A stretch of 64,000 nucleotides of DNA from Octopus vulgaris (GCA_951406725.2 OX597820.1:79112001-79176000); one strand, 5' to 3'; shown: positions 12,543 through 25,391, counted from the first letter of the stretch. Notes: generated by a model not told the origin, from the letters alone. A program made the numbers and translations.

Positions 12543-12695
12543 CTGCTGGCCATTTTCAAAGAATAGATATTTAGCACTTTTCCATAAATTCAGTTTTCTT
12601 TCAGCTTCTTTTAGGATTTCTTCTAAACTGCATCCATACACATAAGTTCCTCGTTCTTTGGAATTCTCACCATTTGGATGCACCAAGACACGTTT
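12543..12695 (-). CDS. DCDC1: DCDC1-like exon, second DCX-like domain
   Basis: Acceptor ctcttttatag, donor gtaagg. 153 nt, phase 0->0, KRVLVHPNGENSKERGTYVYGCSLEEILKEAERKLNLWKSAKYLFFENGQQ. Confidence 0.9.
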
Positions 12696-13353
12696 CTATA
12701 AAAGAGGGAATTGGTAACAGCAGGTTGAATCAGAATATTGTAAAGAATGTCTTCAAGCTGTGTTGTATTATGTTTGGAATTTCAATTACCAAAAGAACTG
12801 ACTTGGCAATTCATTTTTATGAACCAGTTCAAGTCTTGAGGTCATTTAATAAAATGCTGGTTTCAAATTTCGGCACAAGGCTGGCAATTTTGGAAGAGGC
12901 CCTATGTTGATTAAATTGTCCCCAGTGCTTAACTGATACTTATTTTATCAACCCCAGAAGGATAAAAAGCAAAGGCAACCTCAGTGGAATTTGAACTCAG
13001 AACAATGCTGTTAAGGATTTTGCCTGGTGCCATAACAATTCTGCCATATTGTCCTTCATTAAAAAAAAAGTGATCCTTTTGGTATGTTCTTAGATCGGTC
13101 CATCTTTTATCTTTGAGCTATATCAGGCATTGGACTGCAATCCTGCTGGGGCACTGCTTTGAGTTTTTCTCAAATCATCCCCAGTTATTAAGTCTGGTAC
13201 CTGTCTTTTTTTCATGAATAAATAAACCAATGCTGGTTGTCAAGTGGTGAATGGAACAAACACAAAAGCACACACACACACACAATGGGCTTCAACACAG
13301 TTTTCACCTACCAAATTCACTCACAAAGCATTGATTTGCCAGAAGTTGTAGTA

Positions 13354-13564
13354 CAGTGTGCGGCAGAAATACGTCCCACATTTGAAAGGTTGACAAAAGG
13401 AAAAAGAAACAACATTTATGAAGAATTAATTTTACTGATGTTTAAACGAAGGGTTACAGTTTTTGTACATTAGCTAAATGAAAACATCATTGGCACTTGC
13501 ATAAGTTCGTTAGTAACACATAGATGAAACTTTAAAATGTGGGAGGTATTTCTGCAACACCCTG
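13354..13564. mobile_element. Tc1/mariner-type MITE inserted into a SINE
   Basis: About 35-bp imperfect TIRs cagtgtgcggcagaaatacgtcccacatttgaaag / ctttaaaatgtgggaggtatttctgcaacaccctg, flanked by TA. Confidence 0.8.
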
Positions 13565-13900
13565 TAGAAGCCATTTGCCCAAGGTGTAATGCTGTGGGAA
13601 TGAACTCAGAACCATGTGGTTGCAAAGCAAGTTTCTTAACCACACAGCCATGTCTGCACCATGAGCCTTTTCATTTTTTAGGTGGTTTGTGCTGGACCCT
13701 TGCTGAGCCCTTCAATATTTGTTAGAGGAAAAGGTTACTGCGAGTAGTCTCCCTTGATCTATTCACTGTGCAGAGAGACAAGGCTAGTATTTGACTTAAG
13801 GGAATTACCTATCATCATCATCATCATCATCGTTTAACGTCCGCTTTCCATGCTAGCATGGGTTGGACTAATATATATATATATATGTATGTATGTATGT

Positions 13901-14586
13901 ATATAAATTAAATTAGAGATAAAACCACTATTAGGCAACTCAAACAGTGATAGACATAAACCAATACATGAATAACAAAAATATAAATATTTTTGGTTAT
14001 TAAAAAAAAAAAATAAATTTTATATATATATATTATATTATATTATTATATTATATAGTAGAGGCGCAATGGTTAGGGCAGCGAACTCGCGGTTTCAATT
14101 CCCAGACCGGGCATTGTGTGTGTTTATTGAGCAAAAACACCTAAAGTTCCACGAGTCACCGATTTTTTAAGTGGAGGTGCAATGGCCCAGTGGTTAGGGC
14201 AGAGGACTCGCGGTCGTAGGATCACGGTTTCGATTCCCATACCGGGCGTTGTGTGTGTTTATTGAGCGAAAACACCTAAAAGCTCCACGAGGCTCTGACA
14301 GGGAAGGGGGGGGGGGTGATCCCTGCTGTACTCTTTCACCACTCTTTCTTCTGTTGGCCTGCTCGCTTAGCCAGCAAGGTGGCGTCATTCGAAGACTAAA
14401 ACAATGCGAACGCATTGTGACCAGCGATGTGTAGCAACATCTGATGGCCTGGTCGGTCACGTGATGACGTGATCATATATATATATTATATTAATGATAT
14501 TTATATTTTTGTTATTTATGTATTGGTTTATATCTATCACTGTTTGAGTTGCCTAATAGTAGTTTTATCTCTAATTTAATTTATAT
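13901..14586. repeat. About 90-bp inverted repeat enclosing SINE family C copies
   Basis: 13901-13990 is the reverse complement of 14497-14586 with a few mismatches. Confidence 0.85.
14173..14470 (+). mobile_element. tRNA-derived SINE family C. Partial copy at 14060-14152, another at 17640-17838(-)
   Basis: tRNA-like head ggaggtgcaatggcccagtggttagggc...ggtttcgattccc with A and B boxes. Confidence 0.8.
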
Positions 14587-15349
14587 TTATACTGTGAAAT
14601 TTGATTTAATCCTAAATCTAATTTTTCCCTGTAAGTTTGGATATACTCCCTAATATTATTATATACACACACACACACATATATATATGTGTGTGTGTTT
14701 GTGTATCTATATGCAGTTGTGCTTGTCCCCACCTCACTTGATAATCAGTGTTTGTTTGTTTACATCCTTGTAACTTTGCGGTTCCACCAATAGAATAAGT
14801 ATCAGGCTTTAAAAAAATAAGTACTGCGGTTGATTTGTTTGACTAAAACCCTTCAAGGCTGTGGCCATGCTGGGGAACAGTCAAATGACTGATATGTGTA
14901 AAAGATAACACATGAACAATACAAGTATTAAACGAGGAAAGAATGAAATTCACCATGAGTGAATTGTCTGCAATCAAACAGCTGTTGGTCTGCTGTTTTT
15001 TCTTTTCTTTTATTGTAACAAAGGTAAAATGTATAAGAATGATTAAATCCAGTTCTATATTTAAGAGATGAGGAATTATTTACATTTGAGGGATATTTGT
15101 CCTCATCTTGTTTGTTGTTAACACATTTTGGCTGAAAAACCCTCCAGCGTTCATCAGGTATCATGGGGAAATTTCAAACCTGGATTCTCATTCCTAAGGT
15201 ATTTTTTGATATTATTATTATTATTATTATTATTATCATTATTATCATTATTATTATTATTATTCAGGTCACTGGCTGAAATCGAAATCGGAATCTTGGG
15301 GTTAGTAGCTGCACTCTTAACCACTACGCCATAATGTAAATGATTAAAT

Positions 15350-15574
15350 CGTCGTTGGCATTTTATCATGTCTCCGATAATTTATTTGGTTCCTTCTTGA
15401 CCACTTCTTCCCCTCTGTCCATGTTTATTCTCCTGATGACTAAAGATGCCGATTCTTGCATGGAAGTGTCTGTTGCAGAGTTCACAAGGGATCTGTGGTG
15501 GAGGCTTTGCTTGTTGCAGCCTCCGTTTTCTTTCTTGTTATTTCTCTTCCTCTTTCTTCTGTCGTTCAACTTCA
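15350..15574 (-). mobile_element. 5'-truncated RTE/BovB-like LINE with 12-bp target-site duplication
   Basis: Minus frame QQAKPPPQIPCELCNRHFHARIGIFSHQENKH, a C-terminal zinc finger of RTE type, then a short 3' tail. aaatgattaaat at 15338-15349 and 15575-15586. Confidence 0.8.
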
Positions 15575-18500
15575 AAATGATTAAATATATTGGTTTCAAA
15601 TTTTGGCACAAGGCCAGCAATTTCGGGGGACGAGATGAGTCAATTACATTGACTCCCCCAATGTCCCACTGGTATTCATTGACCCTGAAAGGATAAAAGG
15701 CAAAGTTGACCTCAGTGGAATTTGAACTCAGAATGTAAATATGGACATTTTGCCCACCATTCTAATGGTTCCTGCCGGGTCACTACTTTTCATTGGACAA
15801 TGTTGGTTTCAAATTTTGGTACAAGACCAGCAATTTCGGGGTGGGGATAAATCAATTATATTGGTCCTAGTGCTTGGAATTTCAATATCTGAAAACTGGA
15901 ATTGGTAAAATATTATTTTCATTTGAAATTGATGCAAAAGTTTAATTTTTGGTATCTTATTTCTTATCTTTATCTTGTTTCAGTCATTGGAGAGTGGCCA
16001 TGCTGGGGCACTGCCTTGAGGAGTTTAAGTCAAATTCTAATGGTTTTTTTCATTAGACAATATTGGTTTCATGGTGGCAAGCTGGTAGAAACGTTAGGAT
16101 GCCGGGTGAAATGCTTAGTGGTATTTCGTCTGCTGTTATATTCTGAGTTCAAATTCCACCAAGGTCAACTTTGCCTTTCATCCTTTCGGGGTCGATAAAT
16201 TAAGTACCAGTTGTGTACTGGGGTCAGTATAATTGACTGCCCCCCACCACTCAAAATTTCAGACATTGTGCCTACAGTAGAAAAGAATATTGGTTTCAAA
16301 TTTAAGGTGGAGAGGTGGCAGAAATGTTAGCACGCTGGGTGAAATGCTTAGTGGTATTTCGTCTGTCTTTATGTTCTGAGTTCAAATTCCACCGAGGTCG
16401 ACTTTGTCTTTCATCCTTTCAGGGTCGATAAATTAAGAACCAGTTGCATAGGGCCCCCTCCCCCAAAATTTCAGGCCTTATGCCTAGAGTAGAAAAGAAT
16501 CGATAAAGCAAGTCAACCTTGGCAGATTTTGAACTCAAAATGTAAAGATGGACAAAATGCCACCAAGCCTTTTGCATTTTGCCAGGTGTACTGATAATTC
16601 TGCCAGCACATTGTCTTTGAGTAAAAATATTGAAAACTATAAAATTTGGTTATTTTATAACATTTTCTTCCTTTTGCACTTTGAGTTTTTGTCTTTTTTT
16701 TTTCAATTTCTATTTTCATAAAATCCTATTTAGAGAAACCACTACACGTTCTCAGTGAAGTAAAAGACAAAACAAAAATTTCTTTTTAAATCTTTCATTG
16801 TGAAAACATTGCGTGGGAATAAAAGAGTTTGTCAGAGACTGATAATTGTGTTGATAATATCAAATCAAATGTCAGCTGATCCACAGAACCAATGGCAGCA
16901 GCGATGGTATTTTAAAATCTCAATATCTGAAGGCTGGAATTGGTAAAATATAATTTTCATTTCATCATTGTCATTTAATGTCTGCTATCCATGCTGGCAT
17001 GGGTTAGACGGTTTGACTGAGGGCTGGCAAGCCAGAAGGCTGCACCAAGCTCCAGTCCAATCTGGCAATCTTTCTACAGCTGGATGCCCTTCCTAATGCC
17101 AACCACTCTGAGAGTGTAGTGGGTGCTTTTAGCATGCCACCGGCATGGGACCAGTCAGGTGGCACTGGCATCGACCGTGCTCGAATGGTGCTTTTTGTGT
17201 GCCACTGGCACTGGTTCCAATCAAACAGTACTGTCATCAGCCATGGCAACAACTACAAATTGATGCAAAAGTTTTTTTGTTATCTTGTCACTTTTTAAAA
17301 ATCTTTTACTTGTTCCAGTCATTGGAGAGTGGCCATGCTGGGACACTGCCTTGAAGAATTTAATCAAACAAATTAACCTCAGTACATTTTTTAATTTTAT
17401 TTTTTTAAAAGTCTGGTAGTTATTCTATTGGTCTTTTGTTGAACTACTAAGTTATGCAGATGTTGTGGCACTCCATTGGTTATGATGACGAGGATTCCAG
17501 TTGATCTGATCAATGGAACAGCCTGCTCATGAAATTAACGCATAAGAGGCTGAGCACTCCACAGACATGTGTACCCTTAACGTAGTTCTCAAGGAGATTC
17601 AGTGTGATACAGAGTGTGACAAGGCTGGCCCCTTTGAAATACAGGTACAACAGAAATAGGAGTGAGAAAAAGTTGTGGTGAAAGAGTACAGCAGGGTTCA
17701 CCACTACCCCTTGCAAGATCTGCGTGAAGCTTTAGGTGTTTTCACTCATTAAACACTCACAACGCCCGGTCTGGGAATCAAAACCGCGATCCTATGACCG
17801 CGAGTCCACTGCCCTAAACACTGGGCCATTGTGCCCACACTATGCAGATGTAATCACATACACAGCACAGGTGTGGCCGTGTGGTTAAAGAGTTTGCTTC
17901 TGATCCACATGTTTTTGGCTTCAGTCCCACTGCATGGCATCTTGGGCAAGTGTCATCTACTATAGCTCTGTGCTGAACAAAACCTTGTGAGTGGATTTGG
18001 TAGAGAGAAACTGAAAGTAGCCAGCTGTGTGTGTATTATAGGCACAAGAGCAACTGTGTGGTAAGAAGAAGTTTCCAGGTTCAGTCCCACTGCATGGCAC
18101 CTTGGGCAAGTGTCTTCTACTTGTGGGTGGTGGATTTGGTAGATGGAAACTGAAGGAAGCCTGTCATGCATGTATGTATTTGTGTCTGTGTTTATCCCCT
18201 ACCATTGCTTGACAACCAATGGTGTGTTCACATCCCCATAACTTAGTGGTTTAGCAAAAGAGCCTGTTTAAACAAGTACTAGGTTTACAATAAGTCCTAG
18301 GTTCGATTAGTTTGACCAAAAGCAGTGCTCCAGCATGGCCGCAGTCAAATGACTGAAACCTGTAAAAGAATAAAAGAACATGCGTATGTTTGTGTCTCTT
18401 TGTCTTGACATTGTATGGTTGTTGTAAATGTGTATGACTGTCATACAAGCAATGTTCAGTTTCCAATATTTTATGAGAACATGCTTTGCCTTGGAAACAG

Positions 18501-19332
18501 ATGTGAGTCAGAGACAGGAAGGGCATCCAGTTGTGAAAAATCTGTCTCAAAAAATTCCATCTGACCTGTTCAAGCATGGAAACTGGACATTAAAATGATG
18601 ATGAGAGAGAGAGAGTTTCCTCTCTATCAAATTCTGCTTCCAATGTATTTATTAATCAACACAGGGCTATTATACTGCAGAGGAAACATACCTAAGGTAC
18701 TGTGTACCGGTAAGCAGTGTCCAAAAACCATTAAGACCACAGTACTGCAAAGTAAACTTTATAAACCAACAGTCACCAAGCCTTTACTGATAGTCTTGAG
18801 TGTAATATAAAGAATCGCTATTTAATTGTTAAACCTACAGTTCCAAATTTTCACAATTTTGTTTTTGCCCATCAAACTATATCTGACACAGCTTATGACA
18901 GATTTTATTATAATATGAATAATAAAAAGAAAAGCAATTAAATTCTGTAAGGAGCTTTATGAATTGTGACAACAAGAACTATACTATACAATAATTATAG
19001 ATTCAGAAAGTATTTATAAACAATACACTAATTCTACAACAGTTGTTATTATAATTGCTATCAATGCATCATAGTTAATGTATATACACCATTGATAGCA
19101 AGTTGCTGTAGTATTTGTTCTGAGGTAACATCTCTTATGGACCTGCTGTGTTTAAAAACAAATCATCATTTAACATCCATTTTCCATGCTGGCATGAGTT
19201 GGACAGTTTGATAGGAGCTGGAGGGCTGCACCAGGCTCCAGTCTATTTTGGCTGCTGGGTTTCTACAGCTGGATGCCCTTCCTAACACCATCCACTTCAC
19301 AGTGTACTGAGTGCTCTTTATGTGGTACCAGC

Positions 19333-19363
<31 letters not shown>

Positions 19364-20069
19364 GAACAATGGAATAAACGGAGTAAAAGCACATGCGAAG
19401 ATGGAAAGTGTTGCTGAGGAGGTCACAGATGTGTGACTAAGATTTCCGAACAATGAACATGAGTTGGAATAAGATCGGTAGTAATACGAGTGAAGAACAA
19501 ATATATAGTGCATGCATTTATTTGGCAAGAAAAGAAATGACCATTCCAAAATACAATATTTATATATATATTTTGAAGGGAGACGAAAATTGGTCCCAAC
19601 AGCAGCTAGCAAGAATGCTGGATGCATTTCATTCAATATATATAACATTAAGTGTGATGCATTGTCCCACATGACAAATCTCACAGCACAACATCAATGA
19701 TTCTAAGAGAGGGAGGGAGAAGTGTTGACCTGTGTATATGCACACACATACACACACACACTGTATTTCCATCTTTCAAATTCCACTTCCAAAGCACTGA
19801 TCAACCTGAAGCTACACTCAAAGACACTTTCCCATACAGTTTTACATGCATATATTTTCCATTGACCAAGATTGTGGTGAGAGGTCATAATTCTTTTACC
19901 AGCTTACTGGTCAACAGATTACAGTAATCAGATTTAGATTTAAATCCTAATATATCTTTATCTTTTATCTTTTATTGGTTTCAGTAATTAGACTGTGGCC
20001 ATTCTGGAGCTTCACCATGAAGAATCTTAGTCGAATGAATTGACTGCAGTACTTACTTTTTTAAGCTGG

Positions 20070-20290
20070 GTACTTGTTCTGTTGGTCTTTATTTGCCAAA
20101 CTATTAACTTATGGACACACACATACACACATACGATAGGCTTCTTTCAGTTTCCACTTACCAAATCTACTCAAGGCTTTGGTTGGCCTGAGTCTATAGG
20201 ACAAGACGCTTGCCCAAGATACCACACTGTGGGACTGAACCTAGAACCATGTGGTTGGGAAGCAAACTGCTTACCACCCAGCCATTCCTG

Positions 20291-20341
<51 letters not shown>

Positions 20342-20601
20342 CACAGGAATGGCTGGGTGGTATATATATATATATATATATATAGGCACAGGAATGGCTG
20401 GGTGGTAAGCAGTTTGCTTCCCAACCACATGGTTCTAGGTTCAGTCCCACAGTGTGGTATCTTGGGCAAGCGTCTTGTCCTATAGACTCAGGCCAACCAA
20501 AGCCTTGAGTAGATTTGGTAAGTGGAAACTGAAAGAAGCCTATCGTATGTGTGTGTCCATAAGTTAATAGTTTGGCAAATAAAGACCAACAGAACAAGTA
20601 C
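20070..20601. repeat. Near-perfect palindrome (about 220-bp arms) of a SINE A fragment around (TA)n
   Basis: 20070-20294 equals the reverse complement of 20385-20601 except for an 8-nt microsatellite indel. Confidence 0.95.
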
Positions 20602-20823
20602 GGCGAGCTGGTAGAAACGTTAGCACGCCGGGCGAAATTCGTAGTCGTATTTCGGCTGTCGTTACGTTCCGAGTTCAAATTCCGCCGAGGTCGACTTTGC
20701 CTTTCATCCTTTCGGGGTCGATAAATTAAGTACCAGTTACGCACTGGGGTCGATGTAGTCGACTTAATCCCTTTGTCTGTCCTTGTTTGTCCCTCTGTGT
20801 TTAGCCCCTTGTGGGTAGTAAAG

Positions 20824-20826
<3 letters not shown>
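20602..20826 (+). mobile_element. SINE family B, young copy. Others: 21246-21469(+), 11005-11219(-), 16073-16500(+, two copies), 26030-26246(-), 30142-30358(+), 33892-34294(+, dimer), 36748-37146(-, dimer), 49433-49648(-), 53113-53324(-)
   Basis: Head ggcgagctggtagaaacgttagc...gagttcaaattcc (B-box-like) and core gtcgactttgcctttcatcctttcggggtcgataaattaagtaccag. Several copies have TSD-like flanks, e.g. tgaaatgagat around 26030-26246. Confidence 0.85.
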
Positions 20827-20889
<63 letters not shown>

Positions 20890-20947
20890 GTATATATATA
20901 TGTATATATGTATATATATGTATATATATATGTATATATATATATAT

Positions 20948-21028
<81 letters not shown>

Positions 21029-21035
21029 GTATATA

Positions 21036-21094
<59 letters not shown>

Positions 21095-21195
21095 ATATAT
21101 ATATGTATATGTATATATATATGTATATGTATATATATATGTATATATATATATATATATGTATATGTATATATATATATATGTGTATATATATA

Positions 21196-21241
<46 letters not shown>

Positions 21242-21245
21242 TATA
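20826..21245. repeat. About 420-bp (TA)n/(TATATG)n microsatellite
   Basis: Direct reading of the sequence. Confidence 0.95.
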
Positions 21246-21651
21246 GGCGGCGAGCTGGTAGAAACGTTAGCACGCCGGGTGAAATTCGTAGCAGTATTTT
21301 GTCTGTTACGTTCCGAGTTCAAATTCCGCCAAGGTCGACTTTGCCTTTCATCCTTTCGGGTCGATAAATTAAGTACTAGTTACGCACTGGGGTCGATGTA
21401 ATCGACTTAATCCCTTTGTCTGTCCTTTTTGTCCCCTCTATGTTTAGCCCCTTGTGGGTAGTAAAGAAATATATATATGATACATTATCCCATATGACAA
21501 TTCTCACAGCATGATGTCAATGATTCTGAGAGAGGGAGAAGTGTTGACCTGTGTATATGGGCAGATACACACATGCCCATGGAGCTAAGCCCTTTGTGGA
21601 TGTGAAACCATTGGTCACTCTATGACTGGACATAGACTTAACTACATATAT

Positions 21652-22483
21652 ATCATCATCATCGTTTTCATCGTTTAACATCTGTTTTCCATGCTGGCAT
21701 AGGTTGGACAGTTTGACTGAGGTCTGGCAAGCCAGTGGGTTGCCCAGGCTTCAATCTGACTGGCACTGTTTCTGTAGCTGGATGGCCTTCCTAACGCCAA
21801 CCACTCCGAGAGTGTAGTGAGTGCTTTTTATGTGCCACTGGCATGGGAGCCAATTGGGGCACTGGCATGATCATGTTCGGATGGTGCATTTTACGTTCCA
21901 CTGGCACAAGAGCCAGTCAGAGGGCACTGGCATCAACCATGTTCAGATGGTGCTTTTTATGTGCCACCAGCACGAAAGCCAGTTGGCAGTACTGACATTG
22001 ACCACATTCGGATGGTGCATTTTACGTGCCACTGGCACAGGAGCCAGTCTGGGTGCACTGGCATGTTCAGATGGTGTTTTTTTACATGCCACCAGCACGG
22101 GAGCCAGTCAGATGGCACAAATCACAGCTATGATTTCGATTTTACTTGACTCAAAAGGTCTTCTCAAGCATATCATATCACCCGATGCTTCAAAGGTACT
22201 TTTAAGTAGGTCGATCCTGCAACATTAGCATCAGCTATGGCTGCAAACTCACTTGCTGGGTCTTCTCAACCCCAGCATATCTCCAAAGGTCTCTGTATTC
22301 TGTCATGGCTTCTGTGAAGTCTAATGTTTGAAGGTCATGCTTCACCACCTCATCTCATGTCTTCCTGGGTTTGCCTCTTCCATAGGTTCCTTCCACTGTT
22401 AGGCACTTCCTCACAGCTGTCCACAGCATGACCATACCAGTGCAGTTGTCTCCTTGCACACCACATTTGATGCTTCTTATGTC
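21652..22483 (-). mobile_element. RTE-type LINE 3' fragment: ORF end, 3' UTR with tandem subrepeats, (GAT)n tail
   Basis: Minus strand shows decayed LxWYGHA...EGTYGRGKPRKT*DEVVKHDLQTLDFTE, followed by five or six gtgccagtggcac-containing units and the common tail. Confidence 0.8.
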
Positions 22484-22845
22484 ACAATGTGGGACTTACT
22501 ACAATTTTGAAAAATGCTAAACCGTTGTACTACACCTTGACAATTTCCATATCTTGGCATCTGAAGCTGCTGGAGATACGATAGTTTGACCCAAAAAACT
22601 GGCTATTGCAAGCAAAATTAAATATTGAAAAAAAAAACACATTTGGCCAAATTTGAACATACAACAGTTTAACATAATAGCAATGATATATGTATATAAT
22701 ATATATATATCTCACTGCCATGACATGAGCCTATAGAGATATCCTCCTGGAACAGAAATTGAAATGCATGCTATAGTGTTCAGAAATGAGTTACAATTGA
22801 AGGGGGCAATTAGTGCACTAGTTTCCCTGCAGATTGGTTGATTGT

Positions 22846-22990
22846 CATCAGGTGTCTTATTCCTGGATGGGTACATAGTACCCAACGAAATGAACTTGGA
22901 ACATTTATATCTAAATTACAAACATTAACATTCTTGTCTGCTGCGTAAAGTACAATACTATGTGCACATCCAGAAATAAGACCTCTGATG
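22846..22990. repeat. Small MITE-like inverted repeat (35-bp arms)
   Basis: catcaggtgtcttattcctggatgggtacatagta vs tactatgtgcacatccagaaataagacctctgatg. Confidence 0.7.
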
Positions 22991-23690
22991 GTGACTAGAA
23001 TTTAAATCAAATTATAAGCCAAGTGTAGGTGCAAATATGATAATAAAACACTTTTCATCTTTAAAAATGTAAATAATCTGCAAAATTATTATCACAAAAA
23101 TACCTGAATTATTCAAATAATAAAAAAAAAAAACTGGAAATGTACTTGCATAGCAAGTGACCTGATCTGAGATCGTGTGCTGAAACAAAAACAATTGCAG
23201 TGTGGAAGGTAAGCCATTTACAAACACACAAAACCGTTACATTCACTTCAACATTTAAACATAATCTGTCAAAATATTTTTGTTACTTTGAGACTGCAAC
23301 CTGTTCACCGACAAAATTCTCAAGTCCTAGGACTTGTTGGGTTGGTTGCCTGATTGCCATGGCATATAAGTGACAGAAATCACAACATTCCATTTCATGT
23401 TGCTCTAGTCCACTCAGCCAGCAAAAGTGAGTTGTACCTGCAATTCAAAAGGGCCAGCCTTGTCACACACTGAATCTCCCTGTGAATTATGTTAAGGGTA
23501 CATGTGTCTGTGGAGCTCAGCCACTGACATGTTAATTTTGTGAGCTGGCTGTTTCCTTGAATGGACCCCTTGTCATTGTAACTGATGGAGTGCTACTATG
23601 TATGTTTGTGTGTCTGTGTATGTGTGTGTGTGTGTAAATATATATATATAAGAGAACAAAGTGTACGTACATCGCTATATATATATATAT

Positions 23691-24186
23691 AAAATACAAA
23701 ATGGGACAAGAACACAAAACATCCGGACAACTAGGTGATACAAAAAGGGACAACAAAACATCCAGATAGACAATACAAAAAAACAAGGACAGGTCATTTG
23801 AAGCTTTCTATCCTCAGTCAAGAACCAGATCATCATTGCAATTTCGGCTGATTAATCTTGAGATTGCTCCAATCTGGTCAGCCCCAAGGAAAAACTAAGC
23901 TAAGAGCATTAGATTCCTTGGAAGAACGCATCGAATGTATACGAAAACAAGGACGGAAAAACAGACAATGTTACACAAATATAAATACAATAAAAATAAT
24001 AATAACAGGACAATCTCAAGATTAATCAGCCAAAATTGCGAGGATGATCTGGTTCTTGACTGAGGATAGAAAGCTTCGAATAACCCATCCTTGTTTTTTT
24101 GTATTGTCTATCTGGATGTTTTGTTGTCCCTTTTTGCATCACCTAGTTGTCCGGATGTTTTGCGTTCTTGTCCCATTTTGTATTTT
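23691..24186. repeat. 176-bp inverted repeat inserted in (TA)n, Penelope-like foldback
   Basis: 23691-23866 is the reverse complement of 24011-24186 with scattered mismatches. Confidence 0.9.
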
Positions 24187-24561
24187 ATATATATATATGG
24201 AAAGGGAAATGAAAGCTAACAATGTGCATAGTCAAAGAAATACACTTCTGAAGATGGTTCTTTGCACCTCAATATATAAAGGCTTTTCAACTATCTCTGC
24301 TTTACATGCCACAATGGCTAGCATTTTTGAAGGGAGGGGACAAGTCGGTTACACTGACACCAGTACTTGACTGGTACTGTTTGTCTTATTGTTTCTGAAA
24401 GGACGAATGCCAAAGTTGACCTCAGTGATATTTGTAAAGAACCAGAAGAAATTCCACAAAGCTTGTTTCTCCAATGTGCTAATGATTCTGCCAGATCAAT
24501 GACTTAAATAAATAAATAAATAAAAAAAAATGCCACAAATATAAATTCTTCCAATACTGAC

Positions 24562-24660
24562 CGTATTCGATTGTTTATAAAGACGTTTAGTCGTTTCCAC
24601 ATTGCAAGTTTTCAACTCGTGAGATCGGTTTTCTTTTGTGTTCACTTCGTCCAAGTGATT
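24562..24660 (-). CDS. DCDC1: DCDC1-like exon
   Basis: Acceptor poly-T-cacag, donor gtcagt. 99 nt, phase 0->0, NHLDEVNTKENRSHELKTCNVETTKRLYKQSNT. Confidence 0.85.
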
Positions 24661-25391
24661 CTGTGAAAAAAAAAAAAAAGGGAATAAATTATTGAATGAA
24701 AAAAACCTCAAAAAACACCCAAAAGAATAAGCAGACTAATCAGAATGGAATGGACAAGAAAAAGGCCATACTCCATCTCAAACACAGCTAACAAGAACCC
24801 AAATGCAAAACCAGAATCTACAGAAACTGGTAGTGGTCTATGATAGCAGAGGTTATTGGTTCACAATGAGGTAATTACTGGTATATTGTATTTATGATGA
24901 TAAGAATGACAAGATAGTATCTGTTAAACTAAGATTAGTTTCTATGTTATTTAGAGAAAAGAGTGTTTTATCTTTTGTTTGTTTCGGTCATTGGACAACA
25001 GCCATGCTGGAGCACTGCCTTGAAGTGTTTAGTCAAGCAAACTGATGCCAGGATGTTTTTTTTTAAAGTCTGCTACTTGTTCTATCAGTCTGTTTTGCTA
25101 AACTGCTAAGTTATGGGGATGTAAACAAACCAACAGTGGTTGTCAAGTGAGGTGGGATGACAAACACAGGCACACACACACACATATGTATACATACATA
25201 CTATTTGCACTCATCATCATCATCATTTAACGTCTGCTCTCCATGCTGGCATGGGTTGGCTGGATTGACATGGGGCTGGCCAGCCAAGGAGCTGCACCAG
25301 GCTCCAGCTGTCTGTTGTGACATTAGGGTTAGGGTTAGTTGAATGTCCTTTCTAACTATGTAAAATATATTAATGATGCTTTTTTGTAAAT

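Noticed and set aside
14173-14250. tRNA gene
   Set aside because: tRNA-like head continues into a SINE body found in several copies; no clean cloverleaf end or terminator.
15366-15620. 84-aa minus ORF as a constitutive DCDC1 exon
   Set aside because: Another frame gives an RTE zinc finger flanked by a TSD, and exons 24562 and 12695 join directly in frame.
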